Source: Lophium mytilinum (lineage: Eukaryota). From it: DNA of 64,000 nucleotides. The DNA is taken from contig MU004193.1 in the NCBI GenBank assembly GCA_010093605.1, forward strand, positions 467,321 to 531,320, in the 5' to 3' direction. Below the pieces are notes generated by a model. The model had not been told where the DNA came from and ran no database searches. It saw only the letters and a list, made by a program, of their open reading frames with translations. The number at the start of each line of letters is the position of its first letter. Position 1 is the first letter of the stretch. The position numbers were made by a program, and so were the translations under genes. Positions 48,505-58,440 of the stretch are shown in pieces.

Positions 48505-48900
48505 ACTTTCAGCTTCGGCGGCGACCAAGCTCCTCCGCGCCCTTTCAGCTACGAAACATATGTACCCGCCACAAGTCTGGCGCTCGGAGAGTACGACTTG
48601 AACCCATTCTCACGCCTGGGAGACCCCACACCGCCGCCAATGGAGGAGCAAATCCGCCGTCAGAACACGCAGATTGAGAGCCTAGAGCAGCAGTACGTGA
48701 AGCACCTGGGGAGCGATCAACTTCGGCGGCGACCAAGCTCCTCCGCGCCCTTTCAGCTACGAAACAAATGTACCCGCCACAAGTCTGGTGCTCGGAGAAG
48801 GATCAAATGGAGGAGCAAATTGCTCGTCAGAAGACGCAGATTCAGAGCCTAGGAGAGTACAATTTGGACCTCTTTTCGCGCCTCGCAACCTCCCCCACGC
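48505..48900 (+). repeat. Duplicated coding-like fragment (family B), period ~208 bp
   Basis: CTTCGGCGGCGACCAAGCTCCTCCGCGCCCTTTCAGCTACGAAACA at 48513 and 48721; ATGGAGGAGCAAAT…CGTCAGAA.ACGCAGATT also duplicated; degenerate copies near 51488 and 52962. Confidence 0.85.
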
Positions 48901-49079
48901 GCGTTCAAATATATCTACATCTCCCACTCTTAATATCAATTTTCTTTGCTTCTTCATCACTAGCACCGCAAAATTTGATTGTAAGATTTTGCATTTTTCC
49001 ACTATCCGCGGCACCGTCACGTGTCCTCGCAACGGCCCCACCCCGGGCAGTCTCCGGGTTGGCCCCTTAGAAAGGCCCA

Positions 49080-49655
49080 GAGTAGTTCTATATCTGCATT
49101 ATGAAAAATGTATTAGGATAACAGATACCCCTTGGATTGGCGCTTGCTGATTCAAAATTGGCAGTGTACTCTGACACCGTTTGAGGTGGCCTAAAGTGGT
49201 CTTGGTCGCATCTCAATCACCCTTTTCTAATTCACAATAATATACTAGGGGGCCTTAAAAGGTGATAGCTAAGTGTATATAGAACAGTTCTATGGCTGCA
49301 ATATTAGAGATTTACAGCTTACAGATCCTCACATTGATATACACCACCCCTGAAATTGACGCTTGTTGATTGAAAACTGGCAGTACGATCTGACGCCGTT
49401 TGAGGTGGCACGAATTGCTCTTAGTTCTATGCAAATTACCTCATTCTGATTCAAAATGATATGCTAGGGGCTCTCAAATGGTGCTAGCTAAGTGTATACA
49501 GAGTAGGTCCATCTCTACGCCGTTCGAAACGTTGACGTTACGAGAATAATCACCGAGTCACTTGTTGTTATGTTCTCCACCACCCCTCAAATTGACGCTC
49601 GTGAAACGAAAAGTGGCAGTGTGTTCCAATGCCGTCTGAGGTGGCCCGAAGTGAT
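49080..49655. repeat. Second array of family-A units (~2.5 copies); further partial copies at ~50605-50690 and ~51130-51300
   Basis: Core motif at 49176, 49395 and 49631, and degenerate at 51177. Confidence 0.88.
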
Positions 49656-49860
49656 TGCTGGCAGAATCGCCAGGAAGTGAACGGAATGAGCTGAACATGA
49701 GGATATATTGATGAGACTACGTGAGCTTATATAGGTTATGCCAAGAAAGCTACGTATGCGTGCCATATATATAGGCTTCCAGCCGATATACCAATCCACG
49801 GACCAAAGCTATATATAGAGGGCCTAGCCCGCAATCACGAAGAGCTGTCACCTCTCTCGC

Positions 49861-50609
49861 TTTCACGTTCAACGTCGACCACAACGTCAGAATCCTGAGT
49901 GCCCTAAAGGCGTGTCCAACAATGTCAGGATCTAGCCAAGACCGGCGCGCTGGCGTGGCCTTGTTCACTTTCAACGTCGACTCAAACGTTAGATTCTCTG
50001 AAGGTGAGCTGTAGGAAACCAAACGACAGCTTACCAGTGAAAAATCTCTAACTGCAAACCTCCAAAACAAGGCGTGGCTCTAACCAAGAGCGGCGCCCTG
50101 GCGCGCCCGATTTCCCTTTCAACTTCGACACAAACATCAGATTCTCTGAAAGTGAGCTGGAAGACACCAAGCGACAGCTCTCTAGTGAGAAATCTTTAAC
50201 TGCTAACCTCTAAAACACCCTTAACCTCTACTACTACGAGGTCAAAGCCAATCGATAAGCTATTACCTCTTTTCACTCTACATTCAATATCGACTCTAAC
50301 GTTAGATTTTCCGAAAGTAAGCTAGAGGAGACCAAGCAACAGCTCTCTACTTTGACTGCCAACCTGCAAAACACCCTCAACCTCTACTACTAGGACGGAA
50401 AAGCCGCGCAAACTAGAGTCGAAGCAGCCCAGGAGGACCTGGAGGAGCTGAAGGCCGCGCAGGGAGAAGCCTTTAAGATAGAGGACGCCAGACGCTAGCT
50501 TTACTAGTAGTAAAAAGTCCTTAGCTGCCAACCTCTAAAACCCCCTCAATTTCTACTACTAGGAAGGTAAAGCCGCGCAATCTAAAATCGAGGCAGCCTA
50601 GGGGGAGCT
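49861..50609 (+). pseudogene. Five tandem, truncated, stop-containing copies of the 5' end of the 45359-47191 gene (inverted relative to it)
   Basis: 49922 reads MSGSSQDRRAGVALFTFNVDSNVRFSEGEL*ETKRQLTSEKSLTANLQN versus the gene's MSGASQPRRAGAPLFTFNVDSNIRLSESELEDTKRQLSSEKSLTSNLQN. Further copies at 49861, ~50077, ~50270 and ~50490; most stops arise by CAA>TAA or CAG>TAG. Confidence 0.9.
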
Positions 50610-51599
50610 CTTAGTTATATCTAAATCACCCTTTTCTAACTCACTACACTAAACAAGGGAGCCTTGAACGGCGCCATCCAAGTGTATACATTATTAAGGT
50701 CTAGAAGCTGGAGATTACCTAGAGTTGTCTTCCGGCGTTTTGCAAGGTAAATACTACTGTCTCAGGTCCCCTAGCACCGCGAAAAGTTCCGGCCTACGAT
50801 GTCACGTTCTAGAAGCTTCGACTTAGATGGTGGCATTTCACAACGTCTTCGCCCGGTAATATCGGCGTCTAAAGTGGCCTTACGATGCTATCTTATTACA
50901 AGCACAATGTAAAGGCTCTAATACTGTGATTTGAACCTCGGCCTTTCAAGACTTTCGGCACGGCAATACAGCTGCCTGAGGTGGTCTCGCTACGTCAATT
51001 GAATCGAGAGAGGATGGGAAAGGTTCGAGACCGTGAATTGGACGGGGTAGATCTGGCGCGGTTTGAAAGAGTGGGTTTATTTCTGGAAGTCTTGCAGTAT
51101 CATTATGAAGGCAGATGGTAATATTGCCAGCCCTGATTTTGACGCTCATTGAACGAAAATAGCAGTCCATTTTGACGCATTCTGAGGTGGCCTGGAGAGC
51201 TCGTTGGATGTCAGGAATAGCCGTTTCCTGAATTACAATAATATACTAAGGGTTCTTAATTTGTGCCAGCCGTCTATATATAAGGTAGATCTATAGCTAC
51301 AGTACTAAGCCGTACATCTAGGCACATGCATCTGTGACTGCTTGGTTTTAATGTTGCTCACTTAACACCGCAGTAAGGGAATAGCTGGTTGCTAAGCAGC
51401 TACATAGTCAAGAGACAGTCTAATCTACAGTGATAGAATTTTAGGAAATCGACGTCGCTTTTGGATCTTAGGGTGCGGATCTTTCAACTTTGGTGGCGAC
51501 CACCCTCCTCCACGCCCATCTAGCGACGAGACCTACGCCCCGGCTACAAGTCGGGCCCTAGAAGAATACATGTGCATATAATAGATCTTCCAACTTTGG

Positions 51600-51960
51600 G
51601 AGCTCGCAACCTCCCCCACGCGCGTTCAAGCATATATCTACATCTCCCGCTTTTGTTCTTAACTTCAAGTTTCTTTTCTTCTCCAACCATTAGCACCGCA
51701 AATAAACTTCTTGGCACTTTTTTACGTGTCCAACAACGCTTGGCGCGCCCTCTTTCACATTGGACTTCGATAACAACGTCAGAACTCCGGAAAGCGGGCT
51801 GGAGGACACCAATCGCCAGCTTGCTAGTGAGAAGTCCCCCAGCCTCCAAAAAGCCTCAACCTCTACTACCAGGAGGGTGAAGCCGCTCAATGCAGAGTCG
51901 AGGCAGCGCAGGCGGAGCTGAAGGCTGAGCAGAAAGAAGCCTCTAAGATGGGGGAGTAAT
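51600..51960 (+). pseudogene. Inverted copy of the promoter/5'UTR plus first ~85 codons of the coiled-coil gene
   Basis: TATATCTACATCTCCCGC…AAGTTTCTTTTCTTCT…ACTTCTTGGCACTTT…ACGTG matches the reverse complement of 47192-47320 and is followed by a frameshifted coding copy. A promoter-only copy lies at ~48905-49025. Confidence 0.85.
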
Positions 51961-52240
51961 TAAAAGCCAAAAGGTTCAGATTGCGAGCCCGGAAAAGCAT
52001 ATAGAGTATTGAAAAAGAGACTAATAATCGCACACCCCCTAATTCCTCCATCTATACCCCCCTTTCCCCCCATCCTACAATGTCTGGGCCTATTCAAGAC
52101 CGACGCGCTGGCGCGCTTTCTTTCACGTTCAACTTCGACCACAACGTCAGAGTACGTGGGGTGAGAACGGGTGTGTAGTTAGTGGCGCCCTAGGAGCCGG
52201 AGATGTAGGTAGGGCAGGCTATGTAGAAAAACGGAATTAG

Positions 52241-52917
52241 TATTTACACACCCCCTTTCTTTTCGTAGACACGCATCCCTTTTAACAAACACACCCCGTT
52301 CCGTCTTTTCTTCTGATGGGCTAGAACAGCGCGGAACTTCGCCCGGAGCTCTACTCTCACGTTGATCTATGCCGTATGTAAGGCTACACAGCCTCTCCAT
52401 TACATTACACATTCTTTACTTTTACTGCAGTGTATATAGGCTGTTCCATCGCTACCTACATGCCTAAGTGCCTAGGAACATGCCAAACTATCAAAACCTC
52501 ACCTTGTTACAGCTCCTTTGCAACATTCCTGGCCTTGATCCATTGCCGCTTGATGCAAATAACCCTCAACCGTTGCAAGATACTTAGCTTGTCACCGCTA
52601 TGCCCTTTTTCCGACTGCGGAAGCGGCTGAGGCTTAGGCTGAGAATGAGCGTTATCTTGCCGCTGTACTGTCTTCTTTAGTGGTGCTCCCTTCGACCGTG
52701 GACGTGTACTGTGGAGGCGGAGGATGAGGGTGTAAGTTTTTGTGGCCACGCCGCATTTTGACAGAGCCTTGAGAATTAGTGAGCAACTTGAGCGAGGGAA
52801 TCGGAGGTTCCGTAGCATTGATCCAGGCCAATTAGAAGATCAGACAAGAGGGGGTGTACGTGAAGTTAAAAGCCGTGTCCGTGGAGGGAAAACGGGGTGC
52901 ACAGTTATCCCTCCCCC
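52241..52917. mobile_element. Degenerate non-autonomous TIR element related to 53848-54668
   Basis: Shared internal blocks (GCCTCTCCATT 52391/53994; CCGCTGTACTG 52660/54369; TGTGGCCACGCCGCA 52741/54491) and a TIR-like right end (…CGTGGAGGGAAAACGGGGTG…TTATCCCTCCCC). Confidence 0.7.
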
Positions 52918-53130
52918 GTTCTTGATTTCAAGTTTTTTTCCTTCTTCATTTACTACCTCAACTTCGGCGGCGATTAAACTCCTTCGCGCGCCTTCCTTTA
53001 TGAAACTCACGTCCCCGCTCGAGGTCTGGTTCTTGTAGACTGCGACTTGAACCTGTTCTCGCACCTCGCAGTCCTCACCCCGGATCAAATCGAGGAGCAA
53101 ATCGCACGGCATAAGGAAACTCCTGGCCAA

Positions 53131-53710
53131 CTTTGTCTATGTGAACACCTGCTAGATAAGCCACCCCTCACGGTGACGTCGAATGATCAAGACTAGAGCC
53201 TATGCCCTAGCTTGCAATTGCGGGCTACTTTTGTCTAAGTGAACACCTGCCAGCTGGGCTACCCCTTACAGCGACATCGAGCGATTAAACTTGGGATCTG
53301 TAGTTGTATATCCGGGGTTTTGTGCTTTTGACTTGGTAATAACATACACCTCTGAAACTCGCTAGAAATGCCTGGGAGGTGGAACTACCTATTGATGGAC
53401 TAAACACCTACTGGCAGGGCCACTCCTTACGATGAAGTTGAACGGTCGAGAGTGAAGCCTGTAGTGGTATATCCAGGTGTTCATGCTTGTGACTCGGTAT
53501 TGAGACGTATATTTAGGCACACCTTAGAATTGCATAGCGGACCAGGCTAACTTTTGACTTACTGGACACGTAGTAGCTTGGCCTCCTTACAGTGGTTTCG
53601 GCCGATCAAGAGTGAAGCTATCAACTAGTATATGCGGGTGCCCGAGACTGAAACTCCTAGCTACCTTTGGCTAAATGAACGCTTGCTAGCTAGTCCACCT
53701 CTAACAGTGT
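53131..53710. repeat. Degenerate tandem repeat (family D), units of ~100-160 bp
   Basis: Motif CTTT(T)GTCTA.GTGAACACCTGC…CCAC.CCTTAC…GATCAAGA recurs at ~53131, 53228, 53388, 53550 and 53664. Confidence 0.75.
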
Positions 53711-53847
53711 CAGACAGCCCCTCGCGTTCGATTTGCTCTTCCATCTGGGCCGGGGTGGGGTGTTGTAAGGCGCGAAAGGAGATTCAAATCATATACTTCT
53801 AGGGTTAGACTTGAAGCTGGGACATAGGTCTACACAGTACTTTAGAA

Positions 53848-54668
53848 GGGGACTGATAATCCTACACTAGGTTTTTCCTCTACGTACGCCCGGTTTTCCC
53901 TGCGCATACACCCTTTTACATCTAATCTTCTAATTGGGACTCGGATTAGTGCTCCGGCGCTTACGCATTCGTACTTTATGGCAAGGCTATATAGCCTCTC
54001 CATTTTATCAAGCATTTTTACCGTTTTTAGCAGCCTATATATAACCGCGCGCTGCGCGTAAGGCCGTAGATAAAGCTATATATTAGGCCGTGCGTGAGGC
54101 CGTATATAAGGCCGTACGTGAAGCTGTATAGAGAACCGCACTTATTATAAGGCTGTGCAGTATACCCGCTTTACTATATATACTTCCTAGTTCCTATATA
54201 TATAAGCCATTATATTACTATATATATACCCACGCGCCTAGAAGTGTACTGAAATAGTTAAGACCTTACCTTATTACGGCCTCTCCGCATCAAACCTGGC
54301 CCCTCTATATTACTGCTGCCTCTATCGCCGCCTAACTCTAGATAAGACTAAGGATAAGCGCTATTCTACCGCTGTACTGCCTTCTTCTATAGTGCTCTAA
54401 GGAGTTATAGGCCTGTAGTAGTAGCGGCTAGAGCGCTATAGTAAGAGGTGCATTATAGAGGAAAAGATTAGGGACAACGTTGTAATTATTTGTGGCCACG
54501 CCGCACTTAAAGAGAGTATTTAGAATTAGTAAGAAACCTAAGCAAGTAAATTAGAGGCCTTAGAGGACCTCTCTGGACTGATTTGAAGATTAGATGTAGT
54601 AAGGGTGTATGCGCAGGAGAAAACGGGTGTACGTGGAGGAAAAACCCGGTGTAGAATTATCAGTCCCC
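53848..54668. mobile_element. MITE / non-autonomous Mutator-like element with ~84-bp TIRs
   Basis: Left TIR 53848-53930 (GGGGACTGATAATCCTACAC…CTGCGCATACACCCTT…ACATCTAATCTTC) and right TIR 54585-54668 are near-perfect reverse complements. Flanks CTTTAGAA / ATTTAGAA (7/8) form a candidate TSD. The interior is RIP-like with short ~12-bp repeats. Superfamily is inferred. Confidence 0.85.
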
Positions 54669-54995
54669 ATTTAGAATTGCCTTTTCTAATTCACTGTCAG
54701 TTAAGATGTAGCCTGATCCCCACTGGAACGACATTCACATTGTGTTTGAAGTGTTAACTTTGGGCGCCCCAATATACAACTCTACAGGCTCCAGTCTTGA
54801 TGGGTCAACACCACTATTAGAGCTGCCTTGAAGAGCTATTAGGTATGCGCTTGCTTTAGTGAATGTTAGACTGGATATAGAAGTGGACATGGCTAAAGCG
54901 CACCATTACCTACCTCCAGCTTTGCGGATCTCTAGGCCTACACTCCCCAGCTACGTCTCCAAAACCTAGCATCCCAAGCTTAAGTTCCCTTAGTC

Positions 54996-56047
54996 ATGGC
55001 GGCGGAGGCCAGCGCTTCCCTTAAAGGCTTCCGAAAGGGTATTCGGAGGTATGCCTAGATCTCCCATAAACGTAAGAGTTGTACTAACACTGCCAGCTTA
55101 TACACCACTGAGCACTACTCCGACCTCGCGATCGTCTGCAGGAAGGATACCTACGAAGTCCAAAAAGCAGTAATCTGTCCGCGGTCGGCCGTCTTCGCAA
55201 AGGCATTGCGTGGTCCGGGCAAAGTACGTGAACACAGCACCAAGAAACACAAGAATATACCACTGTTTGGGGGACAAGCGTCTAGGGGTAGCGCGGTTGA
55301 TGAAGGTCGACCACGTCCATTTTCTAGCTTTAGCCGCATCGCTTCAAAAGCCTGAAATGCTTGAGGTCTATGGAGGCCCCCAAGGTCATGCTAGCGCCTC
55401 AAGCTAAGTGAAAGCGGTGCCAAAACACTAGAGAATACGGCGTCAAAGCGAGTAAAGGTGCTTATCGTAGCTACGACCAGCTAACGTTGGACTAGGAATC
55501 AGAAGAAGTGGAGATAGATCTTTCCGTCGAGGACCCCAAGATGCTGGAGAGGATGATCTGCTTCTTCTATCACCTGGATTACCTCCCTACATCGCCCAAC
55601 AGTTTTCTCCAGCGGCATTCCGGCCAAAAGAAAGAGTATATCTCCGGAATGTGTCCCTGCGTCTCATCTCTCGAAGAACACGACATCGACTTGGCCTGGA
55701 GGCGGGGAACCTTCTGCGTCAACCACACGGCCCATAATGTGCTCAAGATTCACGCTTTGATGTACGCGATGGGCGATAAGTACGGGTGCTCAGACCTCAA
55801 GATTATTGCTAGAGCCAAGTTCGAGGCGTTCTTGGACTGCTCTTCGGGTTGCTCGGAGGTAGCTAGAGTCATCCCGATTGTCTTCGGAACCACGCCAGAT
55901 TCTGATTTGGGCCTCCGGAACCTTATCGTCGAAGAAATCGTAAAGAAGGACTACCTTGCATTCGAAGCCATGGAAAACGCCGTGGGAAAGACTGATGGCT
56001 TGCCGTTGGCGATATTGAAGGCCATGAATTCGCATTCAATCAAGTAA
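54996..56047 (+). CDS. BTB/POZ-domain protein
   Basis: Exons give LYTTEHYSDLAIVCRKDTYEVQKAVICPRSAVFAKAL|ESEEVEIDLSVEDPKMLERMICFFYHLDY…IHALMYAMGDKYGCSDLK…TTPDSDLGLRNLIV; two introns. Confidence 0.85.
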
Positions 56048-58440
56048 GCGGACACCACGAAAGCAGAGCTGCGACAAAGTGGAATACCTTAGTTTGGGTA
56101 TAGGCTCCAGTTTTGCACTGTAAAGGAGGCACTGCAAAGGAGGCCCCAGCGAGCAGTTATCAGCTTCTATGCTGTACCTCAAACTAGGTGTGATGTCAAG
56201 TTTTAGACAGCGTAACTTGAACTTCCTCTTGACGAAGAGATATCCTCGCGATGGGTCTGCCTTTGACAATGGCATCCATCCTGCAAAAGCGACATTCAAG
56301 CAGTAATGTTCGTATGCCTAAACTCATGGCCTAGTACTGTAGCTCGGTTTCAAATTAGAACATGTCTCCACCGTAAGTTTTTTTCCCCACAACCCTAACC
56401 ACGGAACGAAAGAGCATCCACGGACCCAGAACGACAGTAACCCACAGCCCCGCCGCACGAGATGTCGTATGTCGTCGCATAGCCCCCAAAGTCTCGACCC
56501 ATCCCGTCACATAACGAAATGAAGAGCTATGAATAGGTCCGAAATCGATGGCGAGGCGGAAGGGCGTGATGAGTTTCGTGGTTGGGGCTGGAAGCTACTC
56601 GGAGAGCGAAGAAGAAGATGAAAAGGTATGGCTGGCCGTTGCAGTCTGGTTGACTATCCTTCAACCTAGTGCCTACCTTTCCTTCGTTCACAATCCCTAT
56701 TCTCCAGCCGTAAAACCCACCTCGGACACCATCGCATAGGTAGTAGCCCCACCGTCCATCCCCCCCAAAAAAGCGAGTCATACCCGTCCCCCTCTTCTCA
56801 ACCCTCGGTACAACTCCCCGCTGTTGGACGCCTAACCGCCAACCACAACCCCTGCACACCTCATTGCGAATACCCACGAATTAACCCTGAAACCGATCAA
56901 TCCCGCCCGCACGTGCCCTGACACTTGACAGCTGCAACCCCCCTGGCCTTGTCCATACCACCTCCCACCCCGACAGCGCCGACCGACTGACTTCAGGCCA
57001 CGATGCTGGGTGGCGGGAGGGACGCCTGCCTACGTACACCACCACCACCACGACGCCTTGCCGCGCGCCTGAAACTGCCACGATGGCAACACCGATCGCA
57101 GCGACGTGGTGGCGGCGGCGTCGCCGGGTCTCAGACCGCGAGAGGCATTGGACGTGGTCGTGGTGTGGTGGGTTGAGTACATATATCGGTGAACCCTGGA
57201 TCGAATTAAGGTTAGGGGAGTGGGGCGGGAGTGTTTCAGAATTTTGCCATGGCCCTGGCGGATGAGTCCGTGGTTCGGCGCGGTCGGCAGGCTAGTGAGC
57301 AGTCGCGTGGCAAGCGGGAGAGCGTGTGCTTGTGCTGAGATAGGTAGGTACGAAGTAGATGATGTAGGGACAGCGATGTTGGAGTCGGTTGGACTGTCTG
57401 TGAAAATTGGGCGAATCGAAGAGCGGGACTGGAAAGAATGTGAGAGGCGATGGGAGGTTCTAGTGTTTTATCGCGGATTAGGGCGCGAAAGTAAGCGAGT
57501 CAGAATCTTCCTGTCGTTATCAGTTGTGGAGAAGGGGGGTTGAGGCTGGGATGGTTGAGGTTGAGGTGCAGGGCTTGAGATTTTAGGGTCGTTGGCTACG
57601 TCACTTGGGACCTTCGTCATCCTTTTTCTGGGGTATGAATTTTAGAGATGATGGGACTCAAGGTGTGAAGGGGAACGGATTTGCCAGTTTTGGTCGATCG
57701 CGTCTTGGTCACCTAGGTACCAGGGACGGGCGGACCGTGATCTCACGTCAGCGCTTTGCAGTCTCGGTTGCTGGGTGCTGGGTGGAGATCGTCAACTCAA
57801 CCACGGAACCATGAAAAGATGGAGTTACACTCACTCGATTGAGATACTGGTACAGAAGTATCATGCAAACCTCTAAAAGGGTCGTTTTCAGATCCAAACA
57901 AGAAAGAGAGTACATCCTCTGACGTGGCCCATATTCGACTGAGTCCCTGCTCAATTCAGGAAGATGATCTGCATCTCATTCAGACTTTGCAAGATGAGTT
58001 CGAGCCACCATAGAGTGGTGAGAGAGTACCAATATATAGATTTGGTGTTCTGGAGATACCGCAGCATCGTTCCATGTAGCGACAGGAATCAAAATGTGGT
58101 ATCATACATTTCCGAAAGCAGACGCCGCCCAGTGCTTTTTGAGCGACTCCATTCGGAGTATTCCATCCCAGCGCGCCGGAATCATATCATATCATAATCG
58201 ATGTACCTGCCATCGACCTCGTACGCTTTCGCAAGTAATAGCAGAAATAGAATCAGCGTCGCGGCTCGCACGACGCTCGGTGGATGAATTCCCCCGTCTC
58301 AGTTACACATCCATAGATCGTTTTATCGCTCAAATGCCACTTCGCCTCGAGTTGGATGCTTGCCGCCTGCGTTTTGCGCACGGCACCTAGAAACCGCTAT
58401 TCGTAAAATGGATGCATCGGACCGTCGCAATTGAATTCGT

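Noticed and set aside
44969..54700. Starship, Helitron or LTR identity for the mosaic locus
   Set aside because: No tyrosine recombinase, Rep/helicase or gag-pol remnants, and no diagnostic termini recognised.
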